Virus record (IMG/VR): IMGVR_UViG_3300036790_000551
Coordinates: 28,832 to 92,831 of that record
Reading direction: 5' to 3' (one strand)
Origin: a virus
Length of the DNA: 64,000 nt
Under the pieces are notes generated by a model. It worked only from the letters and a program-made list of their open reading frames with translations, made no database searches and was not told where the DNA came from. The stretch's first letter is position 1, and each line of letters begins with the position of its first letter. Below are positions 1 through 9,121 of the stretch, in pieces. The position numbers were made by a program, and so were the translations under genes.

Positions 1-1
1 A

Positions 2-460
2 CTCCGCGGCCTCGCTCAGGAGAGCAACTGCGTCATGATTGTGGCCGACCAGACGAACCGCAGCGGCCTCGACCTCGAACTCGTCACCATCGGAGCCATT
101 TCCGAGGCCTACTCGAAGGCAACGGTCTGCGACCTCATCCTCACCATTAGCCGCACCCCGGAGGACAAGCAGAACGGGACCGGTCGCCTCTTCATCGCGA
201 AGAGCCGCCTCGGCTCGGACGGCATCGTTCTGCCCTTCACCCTGAAGACCTCTGCAAACGTACGGGTTGAGGTCTTCGAGAGCAACACGAGCGCCATCGA
301 GTTGGCCCTCAAGGACCCCGAGACGCTGAAGAGGCACATGGCCCAGTCCTTCGCGGGCTACAAGAAGATGAAGGTCCAGCAGGACCTCGATGAGAGGAAC
401 GCCACGGAACTCATGAAACTCTCCGAGGTTGGCGGCAGCGTTGGAGGAGCGACGAAGTGA
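2..460 (+). CDS. DnaB/gp41-like replicative helicase, C-terminal part (5'-truncated by window)
   Basis: Frame open from base 2; SF4 helicase motifs ADQTNR, I.EAYSK...DLI.TI, RLFIAKSR. Confidence 0.85.
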   Translation, partial: LRGLAQESNCVMIVADQTNRSGLDLELVTIGAISEAYSKATVCDLILTISRTPEDKQNGTGRLFIAKSRLGSDGIVLPFTLKTSANVRVEVFESNTSAIELALKDPETLKRHMAQSFAGYKKMKVQQDLDERNATELMKLSEVGGSVGGATK

Positions 461-2496
461 TTGCGGGACTTTCGTTTCGCCTCGACCCCGACTTCATCTC
501 CGGTTTCATCGGTCAACAACCGAATTGGGGACCCATCGGGTACGTTACGTACAAGCGGACATACGCCCGTCCGCTTGACACCCTCTATCTGTCACACCGT
601 GAGTTTGCGGCCTTCGCGAGCCTCCAGCGGTCGGAGGAGTTCTGGCTGACCCTCTTACGGGTAGTCGAAGGCACGTTCAGCATCATCCAGGACCACTGCG
701 CCTCCCTCCGACTGCCGTGGGACCCGCATAGGGCCCAGGAAATGGCGAAGGAGATGTACGTCCTGATGTGGACGTTCCGGTTCACGCCGCCCGGCCGCGG
801 ACTCTGGATGATGGGCACGCCGGCGGTTGCCAAGATTGGTGCCGCTGCGCTTATGAACTGCGGCATGGTCTCCACCGCCAACATCGACGTCGACTTCGCG
901 GACCCGTTCTGTTTCCTGGCGGACATGTCAATGCTGGGCGTCGGCGTCGGGGGGGATACGAAGGGGGCCGGAAAGGTCCGCTTGGTCGTCCCCGTCTGTG
1001 ACCCGAGTCCCCACGTCGTGGCCGATTCCAGGGAGGGTTGGGTCGCACTCATTCGTCGGGTCCTCAACTCGTTCGTGGGGAAGGCCACCCTCCCACTCAA
1101 CGTAGACTACTCCTTAGTCCGGCCCGCTGGGGCGCCCATCATGACATTCGGAGGGACGGCGTCGGGTCCGGAGCCGCTGCAGGAACTCATCACCAGCCTG
1201 ACCACCGTCCTCATGCGTCGGGCCCTCTCAGACAACCCAACCATCACCAGTGACGACATCGTGGACGTCTTTAACCTCGAGGGTCGCTGCGTTGTGGCCG
1301 GTAACGTCCGGCGCTCAGCCGAGATAATGCTCGGGGAGCCCACCGACGACGGCTTCCTGGAATTGAAAGACCGGGAGAAGAACGCCGCGGCGCTGGACGG
1401 CTGGCGCTGGGCGTCGAACAACTCCATCATCGCTCAGGTCGGGCAGTCGTACGCGAAGGCCGCTCGACAGACCTCGAAGAACGGCGAGCCCGGCTTCTTC
1501 TGGTTGGAGAACGCCCGCCGGTTCGGACGGATGGGACGGGAGCCGAACGGCAAGGACGCGAAGGCCGTCGGAACGAATCCCTGTTCCGAGCAAACGCTCT
1601 TCGATTACGAACTCTGCAACCTCGTGGAGACGTATCCGGCCCACTGTAAGAATGTGACGGAGTACAAGCACGCGGTTAAGTTCGCGTACCTCTATGCGAA
1701 GGCCGTGACCCTGGTCACGACCCATAACCCGAAGACCAACGCGGTAACGATGAAGAACCGTCGCATCGGCTGCTCAATGTCCGGCATCGTCCAGGCGATG
1801 TCAAAGTTCGGGCGTCGAAGGTTCTTTGAGATGTGCGACGAGGCCTACGACTACATTCAGGCCCTCGACGAGGAGTACAGCGGCTGGCTATGCGTTCCGC
1901 TGTCCATCAAGACCACGTCCGTCAAGCCTAGCGGGACGGTCTCCCTCCTCTGTGGAGCGACCCCCGGCATCCATCATCCCATCGCCCATCGCTATTGGCG
2001 GGTCATCCGGTTCGCCAACGACAGTTACATGGTTCCGATACTGCAGGAGGCCGGTTATCCAGTCCATGTGCTGGACCCAGCCAAGGAGCCGAACACAACG
2101 GCGGTTTACTTCCCTGTCGAGGAGCAGAACTTCGAGCGTTCCGAGGATGACGTCTCGATGTGGGAGCAACTGGAATACGCGGCCCAGATGCAGGAGCACT
2201 GGGCCGACAACCAGGTCTCCGTGACCATCAAGTTCGACCGGGGGGCTGAGGGGCGAGACATCGTTCGGGCCTTGGAACTCTTCGAGACCCGCCTTAAGGG
2301 TGTGTCGTTCCTTCCCAAGGACGACCACGGCTTCGAGCACGCTCCGTATCAGCCCATTAGTCGAGAGCAGTACCAGGAGGCCGTGGCCAGGCTGCGACCG
2401 TTCGACCTAAACGGCTCGACCACTGAGGTTGAGGACAGGTTCTGTGACAGCGATAAGTGCGCGACGCCGTGGAAAAGTCAGTCGCAACAGGCGTAA
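457..2496 (+). CDS. nrdJ: Class II (B12-dependent) monomeric ribonucleotide reductase, RTPR type
   Basis: YKRTYAR, PPGRGLW, VVAGNVRRSAE, TNPCSEQ, VKPSGTVS and C-terminal CDSDKC redox pair. Confidence 0.95.
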   Translation: MIAGLSFRLDPDFISGFIGQQPNWGPIGYVTYKRTYARPLDTLYLSHREFAAFASLQRSEEFWLTLLRVVEGTFSIIQDHCASLRLPWDPHRAQEMAKEMYVLMWTFRFTPPGRGLWMMGTPAVAKIGAAALMNCGMVSTANIDVDFADPFCFLADMSMLGVGVGGDTKGAGKVRLVVPVCDPSPHVVADSREGWVALIRRVLNSFVGKATLPLNVDYSLVRPAGAPIMTFGGTASGPEPLQELITSLTTVLMRRALSDNPTITSDDIVDVFNLEGRCVVAGNVRRSAEIMLGEPTDDGFLELKDREKNAAALDGWRWASNNSIIAQVGQSYAKAARQTSKNGEPGFFWLENARRFGRMGREPNGKDAKAVGTNPCSEQTLFDYELCNLVETYPAHCKNVTEYKHAVKFAYLYAKAVTLVTTHNPKTNAVTMKNRRIGCSMSGIVQAMSKFGRRRFFEMCDEAYDYIQALDEEYSGWLCVPLSIKTTSVKPSGTVSLLCGATPGIHHPIAHRYWRVIRFANDSYMVPILQEAGYPVHVLDPAKEPNTTAVYFPVEEQNFERSEDDVSMWEQLEYAAQMQEHWADNQVSVTIKFDRGAEGRDIVRALELFETRLKGVSFLPKDDHGFEHAPYQPISREQYQEAVARLRPFDLNGSTTEVEDRFCDSDKCATPWKSQSQQA

Positions 2497-2511
2497 GCGG
2501 TATGATGGGTC
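2497..2511 (+). promoter_or_regulatory. Putative leaderless promoter for the W-x-x-S...C protein array
   Basis: GCGGTATGAT with TATGAT at 2501-2506, 5 nt before ATG 2512; no SD. Confidence 0.6.
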
Positions 2512-2748
2512 ATGGCGTACATTCCCGTGGCTCCCGAACTGGCAGAGAAAAGAGCGAGGCTCCAAGAGAACCTCATTGAGGCCGCTGCGGCTCTTGGACG
2601 AGCGAAGGCCCTCGCCGATGAAATCGGTGTAGAGTTCACTTTCCTGGACCGGACGTACCATCCGAAGCAACAGAAAGTCATCGAGGGCGGTTGGGACTAC
2701 GAAGACGCTGATGACTGGCAGAGTTCCGGTCCTGGGATTGGGTGTTGA
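2512..2748 (+). CDS. Small acidic protein, W-x-x-S...C family paralog 1
   Basis: Amphipathic helix, GVEFTFL, ends DDWQSSGPGIGC. Confidence 0.75.
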   Translation: MAYIPVAPELAEKRARLQENLIEAAAALGRAKALADEIGVEFTFLDRTYHPKQQKVIEGGWDYEDADDWQSSGPGIGC

Positions 2749-2785
2749 TGTGTGGGAGCACATCGGACAGACTGCTCTAGGGTCC

Positions 2786-3040
2786 ATGACCAAGGACGAG
2801 GGCCAGCAGCGAGCCCAGGAACTCTTGAGCCAGGCCGAGAAGTTGGTCCGTGAGGCCCAGGACATCGGCGAACACTTCGGCTTCGACCTCAACTTTCTCG
2901 GTGCCCGCTACGACGGAAGTGATGAGATGTGGAGCGTCACTCGGTTCGAGCATACCGTCGAGTGGTCTTCGTCCTCTTTCTGTATCGAGGACCTCGGCCC
3001 GCAGGACTTCAAGCGTCGGATGGAGGGAAAGAGACCGTGA
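2786..3040 (+). CDS. W-x-x-S...C family paralog 2 (alternative GTG start 2750)
   Basis: ELLSQAEKLVREAQDIGEHFGFDLNFLGARY ... EWSSSSFC. Confidence 0.7.
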   Translation: MTKDEGQQRAQELLSQAEKLVREAQDIGEHFGFDLNFLGARYDGSDEMWSVTRFEHTVEWSSSSFCIEDLGPQDFKRRMEGKRP

Positions 3041-3381
3041 TGGACGATAAAAAGAAGACCGAACTGCAGAAGGAAGCGCAGTCGCTTCTTAGCGAGGCCA
3101 AGAAGTTATTGAATCAGGCAGGAGCGCTCGCTAGTCAGGGCGGCTTCACCCTCCATTTTGCGGGCGGAGGCGACTACATCCCGAAGAAACTCATGAACCT
3201 CGAGTACTGGCGCGCCCTCGCTGTCGAGGAACTCAAGCAGGAGGGAATAGAGGACCCGGATGAAGAGAGGGTCAACGACCTAGCCACCGACATGCGTGGC
3301 GACTGCGACATTCCGTACACGTATCTTGAGTACGCCGATGAGGACGATGGCGACGTCTGGTGGCAGCCCTCAAGTTGCTGA
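3040..3381 (+). CDS. W-x-x-S...C family paralog 3
   Basis: SLLSEAKKLLNQAGALASQGGFTLHFAGGGDY ... DGDVWWQPSSC; start overlaps upstream stop. Confidence 0.75.
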   Translation: MDDKKKTELQKEAQSLLSEAKKLLNQAGALASQGGFTLHFAGGGDYIPKKLMNLEYWRALAVEELKQEGIEDPDEERVNDLATDMRGDCDIPYTYLEYADEDDGDVWWQPSSC

Positions 3382-3390
3382 GGGGCTTGG

Positions 3391-3870
3391 TTTCATCCAT
3401 GCTTATCCGGTTAACACCCAAGGAGTGACGTAATGCGCAAGAAAGATGAGCTAGACAAGAAGAACACCTGCATGTCGCACGCCCACTCCAAAGAAATGGT
3501 GTTCGTGCTGCTGAGCCGCGATGCGGCGGCGCCTGTCGCTATTCGTGCGTGGGTCGCCGAGCGCCTGCGGCTCGGCAAGAACGTCGAAAGCGACGAGCAG
3601 GTCGTCGAGGCGCTGGCGTGCGCGCAGACGATGGAAACCGAGGGACGCAAGTGGGTTGGCCATCCCGAGCACTATCCGTTCGGCATGGGTGAGGAATCGC
3701 GGCGGTTGCACCGTGAATACGACCGACTTGTTCGCGAGCAAGCGGCCGGAGCCAAGAATGGCGCAGAAGTCCGCAGGTTGACTGACGAGTGCGAGGCGAA
3801 GGGCATCATCCTTGTCACGGGTGGCGAGAACCTGTGACGTTGGGTGACAACCGGATAAGCATGGTTTCAT
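3391..3870. mobile_element. Transposase-less cassette with 25-bp terminal inverted repeats and flanking TTTCAT direct repeats
   Basis: 3397-3421 matches the reverse complement of 3840-3864 at 23/25; TTTCAT at 3391-3396 and 3865-3870. Confidence 0.6.
3433..3837 (+). CDS. Hypothetical phage protein carried inside the inverted-repeat cassette
   Basis: AAGGAG SD before ATG; FVLLSRDAAAP motif; unrelated to the flanking paralogs. Confidence 0.75.
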   Translation: MRKKDELDKKNTCMSHAHSKEMVFVLLSRDAAAPVAIRAWVAERLRLGKNVESDEQVVEALACAQTMETEGRKWVGHPEHYPFGMGEESRRLHREYDRLVREQAAGAKNGAEVRRLTDECEAKGIILVTGGENL

Positions 3871-3891
3871 CTACACGGGAAGGATTCACGA

Positions 3892-4212
3892 ATGCCTATG
3901 AAGTCTACGGACAAGCATGAGAAGTCTACGGACAAGCATGAGAAGCACCTACAGACGCTCCTGGTGAAGGCCCAGGAGGCATTGGACGAGGTCAAGCACT
4001 ATGCCGTGCTTCACAACCTGGAGTTCGAGTTCGCAGGCCTCCGTCGAGGCTTGGAGGGTAGAGACTACGGACCCGTCACCCGAGAGGACTTCGGTGGCGA
4101 GGACGATGAGTATCTCCAGCGTGAAATCAAGGCCGGCCGATACAGCGTCAAGGTAAGCAGCCTCGACTTCGATAGCAAATGGATGGGCTCCTGGTCCCCG
4201 GGATGCGGCTGA
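3892..4212 (+). CDS. W-x-x-S...C family paralog 4
   Basis: TLLVKAQEALDEVKHYAVLHNLEFEFAG ... KWMGSWSPGCG. Confidence 0.7.
   Translation: MPMKSTDKHEKSTDKHEKHLQTLLVKAQEALDEVKHYAVLHNLEFEFAGLRRGLEGRDYGPVTREDFGGEDDEYLQREIKAGRYSVKVSSLDFDSKWMGSWSPGCG
3901..3942 (+). repeat. Perfect 21-bp tandem duplication (KSTDKHE x2)
   Basis: AAGTCTACGGACAAGCATGAG twice. Confidence 0.9.
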
Positions 4213-4215
4213 GCC

Positions 4216-4617
4216 GTGACCGACGATGTTCATGAACCGGGACCTGTCAGACCGCTGACTGCGGTCGAACTCCGACGGGAGGAGGGCCATGCGAAGATGC
4301 AGGCGCTCCTGGTCTCCCTCAAGGAGACCATCGACGTCATGTGGGACGTCGCGACTGAGCACGGCATCGAACGGGTCGAGTTCATGGGAAACTACCTCCA
4401 CTTCGGGACGGACTTCGGGTACGGCAACTGGGACAGTTTCTCTAATCGCTTTGTCAAGACCGAGGATGGGTTCGAGGCCGCTGTCGGCGGTCCGGTTCTC
4501 AACGATGAGTATTGGTCGCAATCCTCCTATGGCTGCTGGATTGATGATAAGGCTCGGGCGTGGATGTGGGGACCTGACCCTGCGAAATGGCGGAAGACGA
4601 GTTACGATGAAGACTGA
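4216..4617 (+). CDS. W-x-x-S...C family paralog 5
   Basis: ALLVSLKETIDVMWDVATEHGIERVEFMGNY ... EYWSQSSYGC. Confidence 0.7.
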   Translation: MTDDVHEPGPVRPLTAVELRREEGHAKMQALLVSLKETIDVMWDVATEHGIERVEFMGNYLHFGTDFGYGNWDSFSNRFVKTEDGFEAAVGGPVLNDEYWSQSSYGCWIDDKARAWMWGPDPAKWRKTSYDED

Positions 4618-4625
4618 CGACGGCT

Positions 4626-4641
4626 GCGGTATGATGTCCGC
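4626..4641 (+). promoter_or_regulatory. Putative leaderless promoter
   Basis: GCGGTATGAT, 6 nt, then ATG 4642. Confidence 0.6.
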
Positions 4642-5637
4642 ATGCTTCTCATCGGTTCCAAGGCGCTGAGGCTTCGAGGCATCGACACCGGACGGCCGCC
4701 TCTCGACGTCGACGTCATCGCGACCTTCGACGAACTTGGCAAACTCACGCGATGGATGTCGGCCCGCAGTCGGACGGTTTCGATTCCCCTCTCCGTCAAC
4801 AAGACGGTCCTTAAGTCTGTTGATGGAACGATAGTTGAGGTCGAGATTGCCTGGCCGGACACCGCGGCCCACTCCCTCCTCACCGAGGGGAGCGTCTGGG
4901 CCCCTGACGTCAAGGACGACTGGTTGATGTCCGCGAACGGGTTCCCGCATCCGTTCGACGTTCAGGTCGCCACCCTGGACCAACTCTATGCACTGAAGAT
5001 GTCCCATCGGTACCTGAAGAACAGTCCGCACTTCCTGAAGACGATGCGTGACATCCAACTGATGCGGAGCATGGGTGCCAAGGTCGTCAGCGCAGACTGG
5101 CTGAAGCGGCGTGAACTCGAGACCTACACCTACAAGCATCCGAAGTTGAACGTGATGAAGAAGGACTTCTTCACGGGCGACGGCGTCCAGTACGTCTTCG
5201 AACACGACGACATCCACGTCGCGATGGCTCACTTCAGCGGTAAGTGTGGTGACCCTGTTCCTGCCTACACCCTCTACGCTAAGGACGGTGAGCAGGTTAA
5301 GAGCGACAAAGTCAAGTTCCTCTCTCTCTCAGAGGATGTTCGCCTCTACGGCGTCCTCGAGGAGGCCCAGGTCCTGGCCTTGGAGCGCAGCCAGATACCC
5401 TTCCGTGGTAAGGTGGAGGCACGTCGGTCGTTCGACATCGCGCTGATGAAGGTCTGTACCAGCATCACGAGCGGTTGGTTCCGGGAGTATGCCTGGGAGA
5501 ATTTCGACCGCGTGAACCTGCTCTACGAGAACGACTACGTAGAGCGTTTCTGGAGGGCCGTCGACGACGGACACGTGAGGAAGATTGCTGAAGCCGACCG
5601 ACAGGACCCTGTTAGTAACCCACAAAAATTGCCTTGA
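4642..5637 (+). CDS. Nucleotidyltransferase-fold protein (Pol-beta-like N-terminus, helical C-terminal domain)
   Basis: LLIGSKAL ... DVDVI (GS plus DxD); further motifs LKMSHRY, HDDIH, EEAQVLALER, CTSITSGWFR. Confidence 0.6.
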   Translation: MLLIGSKALRLRGIDTGRPPLDVDVIATFDELGKLTRWMSARSRTVSIPLSVNKTVLKSVDGTIVEVEIAWPDTAAHSLLTEGSVWAPDVKDDWLMSANGFPHPFDVQVATLDQLYALKMSHRYLKNSPHFLKTMRDIQLMRSMGAKVVSADWLKRRELETYTYKHPKLNVMKKDFFTGDGVQYVFEHDDIHVAMAHFSGKCGDPVPAYTLYAKDGEQVKSDKVKFLSLSEDVRLYGVLEEAQVLALERSQIPFRGKVEARRSFDIALMKVCTSITSGWFREYAWENFDRVNLLYENDYVERFWRAVDDGHVRKIAEADRQDPVSNPQKLP

Positions 5638-6511
5638 CGGCACCGGTTCCGCGTTCGTCTTCGTGAAGGCCGGCGGCCTGCAGGCCAACGTTCGCTTTCG
5701 GTTGCCGAACAACTGCGTCCTCAAGCCCAATGACGTCATGGGCCTCGACGAGGTGTGGTTCGTTGACGTCTGCCCATCGGACCTGACCGACCCGGCCGGC
5801 GGACTTCCGTTTCGGGTCATCGACCATCACGTGACGAACGTCCGTCGATTCGATGGTGACCCCCGCTGCACGTTCTCCCTGGACCACAGCGGAACGTCGC
5901 TGTTGGCCCGAGAGGTCGGGCTCGTGGGCTTTGACCGCCTAGTTCGGGCCCTGGAGGCGTACGACCTCGGGCGGTTCCATGACGCCGACGGCATGCTGCT
6001 AGCCGACCTCGCCTCGACATACGCCCAGGACGAGATGCTGAATCGACTCGTCGGAAGGCTTTCGAAGTCTGAGAACCTTTACGACAGCCATCCGATTCTC
6101 GATAGCGAGTACTTCGTGGCCCGCGCCGAGGGGGTCGCGGGAATGCGTGATGATTGGGCCCGGCGCTGCGCCCGGTCTGCCTACGTCTTCATCCTCGATG
6201 ACAACTATGCCCTCGACGACCGCCGGTTCGTGGCAGCCCTCGCGGTCTGTCCGCCTAACTGGACAAACGCCGTCTCCCAGGCCATCATGGACCGGGACGA
6301 CTTCAGGTACTGCGGAGCGGACGTGTCAGTGCAGGTCGCCGTCTGCGTCGACCCAAACGGTGGACAGGTGAGCCTGCGGACCCGGGACGACGCCGTCGAC
6401 TGTAGTAGGATAGCCGAGGGCTTCGGCGGCGGCGGGCACCGTAAGGCAGCAGGTTTTCGGACCGTCGGCGGCACCGGCCTCCGCGGTCTCATTGAGGAGA
6501 TATTCGAATGA
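5585..6511 (+). CDS. DHH/DHHA1 phosphoesterase (NrnB-like)
   Basis: THKNCLDG, IDHH, SLRT, GGGGHRKAAGF. Confidence 0.9.
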   Translation: MLKPTDRTLLVTHKNCLDGTGSAFVFVKAGGLQANVRFRLPNNCVLKPNDVMGLDEVWFVDVCPSDLTDPAGGLPFRVIDHHVTNVRRFDGDPRCTFSLDHSGTSLLAREVGLVGFDRLVRALEAYDLGRFHDADGMLLADLASTYAQDEMLNRLVGRLSKSENLYDSHPILDSEYFVARAEGVAGMRDDWARRCARSAYVFILDDNYALDDRRFVAALAVCPPNWTNAVSQAIMDRDDFRYCGADVSVQVAVCVDPNGGQVSLRTRDDAVDCSRIAEGFGGGGHRKAAGFRTVGGTGLRGLIEEIFE

Positions 6512-7542
6512 GCCTCAGGGTTTACGGCGACAGTCTGAACTTCATCCATCGGGCGTTGATGCGAGAGTTAGCGGAGGACCCGGAGTGCGAGAGCGCTCCC
6601 CGAGGCAAACCAATCAAGGAACTCATCGCGTCGTCGTTCACGTTGACGGACCCTCGAAACCGGCTCATTACGAGTCCGGCCCGGAAGATGAACTACGGGT
6701 TCAGCGTCGGGGAGTTCTGTTGGTACCTCCGGGGAGACACGGACCTCGAGACGATGGTCTATTACAACAAGCGGATGGCCCAGTTCTCTGATGACGGAAA
6801 GACCATCAACTCCGCCTACGGAGACAGGATGTTCAATCCGACGCCGGGATACGCCTACGGCGTCATCAACGGGAAGTTTGGGCCATACTCCCCGTTCGAG
6901 TTTGTGATGGCGGAACTCAAGAGGGACCCCGACAGTCGTCGGGCCGTGATGCACATTAACCGGTCCCATGACCTCATCAACGCTGTCTCCAACGGGTCCA
7001 AGGACGTCCCCTGTACTATGTCCCTGCAACTCCTCGTCAGGAACCGGAAGTTGCATATGCACGTGCTGATGAGGAGCAGCGACATCAATTGGGGGCTTCC
7101 TCACGATGTCTTTAGTTTCACGTGCCTCCAAGAGGTCTTTCTCTATGAGTTACAGGCCGCCGGGGTGCCGGTCGATGACCTGGGGGAGTACCACCACACG
7201 GCAGGCTCCCTCCACCTCTATGAGCCATTTTACGGCCTGGCCAAGGAGATAGCGGCCGAGCCCCTTGAGACCCCTGCTCCGATGAGCCCGTTCACTCTGG
7301 CACAGGTCCAGGGACTGGCTGAGGTGATTGAGCCGGCCATTCGGAACGGAGACCGAGGCAACCTCCTCAACGTTGGAACCTCAGAGGGAACGGAGACGCT
7401 CTCGTGGATGACCGACCGCCTACTCGACCATCGCGTGAAGCGAGAAGCCGAGGAGGTTGAGCGCAACCGAAAGGACGCCGCTTTGAACGAACTTAGTCGA
7501 TTGTCTGAAGAGATTCTTGCCGAGAAGGAGACCGAGAAGTGA
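6508..7542 (+). CDS. Thymidylate synthase-family enzyme, dCMP-specific type (dCMP hydroxymethylase-like)
   Basis: NSAYG, DVPCT, MRSSDINWGLPHD (Asp where ThyA has Asn), GSLHLY. Confidence 0.8.
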   Translation: MSLRVYGDSLNFIHRALMRELAEDPECESAPRGKPIKELIASSFTLTDPRNRLITSPARKMNYGFSVGEFCWYLRGDTDLETMVYYNKRMAQFSDDGKTINSAYGDRMFNPTPGYAYGVINGKFGPYSPFEFVMAELKRDPDSRRAVMHINRSHDLINAVSNGSKDVPCTMSLQLLVRNRKLHMHVLMRSSDINWGLPHDVFSFTCLQEVFLYELQAAGVPVDDLGEYHHTAGSLHLYEPFYGLAKEIAAEPLETPAPMSPFTLAQVQGLAEVIEPAIRNGDRGNLLNVGTSEGTETLSWMTDRLLDHRVKREAEEVERNRKDAALNELSRLSEEILAEKETEK

Positions 7543-7952
7543 GCAGTCGCCCCGACATCGAACTTGCCCTGGACGTCCGCAGCCATGAGCGCGTCGTCGT
7601 GCTGGCTTCCTCGGACTCCGAGTATGAGTATCCGGAGCATTGGATTCGTCCGTCCCGAGCCGCGGAACTTGAGCAGATAGACGAGGCCACTGTGGTCATC
7701 GTCGACCGCGCCGAGTTGCAGCGCCGCACCCTGACGACGGTCGCTGAGCGCCGTCCGCGGCTCCTGGCCGTCTCTCCGAACGGAGTGGAGGGGGAGAAGG
7801 CCGCTCGCCGGATGTTGACATCGCTCTTTCCGTGGTCCGAGGTCTGGACGATACAGACGGCGTTCGGTCGACTCCTGGTCACGAAGGACGCGGTCGGGCC
7901 GGTGTACGACCGAGAGCAACTCGTTGACATGAGAACGTCCGGAGCGGCCTGA
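7539..7952 (+). CDS. Hypothetical protein
   Basis: GTGA overlap with upstream gene; lies between the dCMP enzyme and the dCTPase-like gene. Confidence 0.65.
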   Translation: MSSRPDIELALDVRSHERVVVLASSDSEYEYPEHWIRPSRAAELEQIDEATVVIVDRAELQRRTLTTVAERRPRLLAVSPNGVEGEKAARRMLTSLFPWSEVWTIQTAFGRLLVTKDAVGPVYDREQLVDMRTSGAA

Positions 7953-7953
7953 G

Positions 7954-8319
7954 ATGGCAGACAAATTGGACAAGGTCTTTGTGAAGCAGCGCGAGTTCGT
8001 CGACATGCTCGTCGAGCACGACAAGTTTCCGGAGTATCCGGTCGACTTGACGACAAAAATCGGGCAACGGTTTGCCAAGGAGGTCATCTTCAATCTTTCT
8101 GAAGAACTCTTTGAGGCTTCGTTTACCCTGAAGAACCGTCAGCACAAGTTGAGCAACGACAACGAGTTGGACTTCGAACACTATCGTGAAGAACTCGGTG
8201 ATGCGTTCGCGTACTTCATTGAACTCTGTCTCATCAGCGGCATCTCGGCCGACGACATCTACGAGGAGTACACCCGAAAGAACGCTATCGTGAAGCAGCG
8301 ATTGGCGGACGGGTACTGA
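7954..8319 (+). CDS. All-alpha NTP pyrophosphatase (MazG/dimeric dUTPase, T4 gp56 dCTPase-like)
   Basis: EELFEA ... EELGDAF ... YTRKNAIVKQRLADGY. Confidence 0.8.
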   Translation: MADKLDKVFVKQREFVDMLVEHDKFPEYPVDLTTKIGQRFAKEVIFNLSEELFEASFTLKNRQHKLSNDNELDFEHYREELGDAFAYFIELCLISGISADDIYEEYTRKNAIVKQRLADGY

Positions 8320-8537
8320 TGTTGTATCCGTGGCCGTGCTTCATCTGTCTCTCAGTCGACTGCTGTCCCCGTAACCATCAGAACGAGTTGCTTAACGATG
8401 AGCAAACGCTTCGCTTAGCAAAGGAGATGTTCGATGACAAAGGCCTCAGGGCCGGCCGCGGCCGCATGCTGGCACGCTGCGTCATTGTTCGATTGACCGG
8501 TGTTGACCCCGGTCCTGCCTTTCCTAATGATTATTGA
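8319..8537 (+). CDS. Small Cys-containing hypothetical protein
   Basis: TGATG coupling; CFIC..VDCC. Confidence 0.5.
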   Translation: MLYPWPCFICLSVDCCPRNHQNELLNDEQTLRLAKEMFDDKGLRAGRGRMLARCVIVRLTGVDPGPAFPNDY

Positions 8538-8540
8538 GGA

Positions 8541-8933
8541 TTGAATTCATTGAAGTTCCTTCGCAAGGATAAGGACGGCGGCCCAAAATCGACCGTCACG
8601 GGATACTGGCTGACTGAGTTAAAAAGGCTCTTCAGCGTCGTGTTGTTGAAGTTCGAGAACGGAAGCCGCGAAGAATACCACTCCCATGCCTTCACGAGCC
8701 TAAACTGGGTCCTCAGTGGCCGAGTTGTTGAGCAACACGTCCAGGGAATCGAGCAGGTCCATGGGCCGAGCGTCTGGCCGGTCATTACGCACCGTCACAC
8801 GTACCATCGGGTGGTGAGTGAGGGGACGACCTGGGTCTTCTCTCTCCGCGGACCATGGGCCAAGACCTGGCTTGAGTTCGACCCGAAGACGAAGCGGGAG
8901 ACCACTCTGACGCACGGCCGAAAGGAAGTCTGA
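8541..8933 (+). CDS. Cupin-fold protein
   Basis: YHSHAF...WVLSG..VE and TYHRV motifs. Confidence 0.65.
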   Translation: MNSLKFLRKDKDGGPKSTVTGYWLTELKRLFSVVLLKFENGSREEYHSHAFTSLNWVLSGRVVEQHVQGIEQVHGPSVWPVITHRHTYHRVVSEGTTWVFSLRGPWAKTWLEFDPKTKRETTLTHGRKEV

Positions 8934-9121
8934 TGCTACGCTGTAGTCGGTACGTTTATCATGACTGCCCGAACCCCCCGACGCTAGTCGGACTTCCGTG
9001 GCCGACTCCGCTGTGTGAGGAGTGCGCCGTGGGTTGGTGTGACGGACCGAATCCGTTAGGACAGAAGGAAGTTCGTCCGATGACTGAGGATGAGTTGCGA
9101 AGGGTTAGAGAGAATGGGTGA
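8933..9121 (+). CDS. Small Cys-rich hypothetical protein
   Basis: TGATG coupling; LCEECA. Confidence 0.5.
   Translation: MLRCSRYVYHDCPNPPTLVGLPWPTPLCEECAVGWCDGPNPLGQKEVRPMTEDELRRVRENG

Noticed and set aside
6508-7542. Ordinary thyA call
   Set aside because: Asp replaces the dUMP-specifying Asn, and ThyX is present separately
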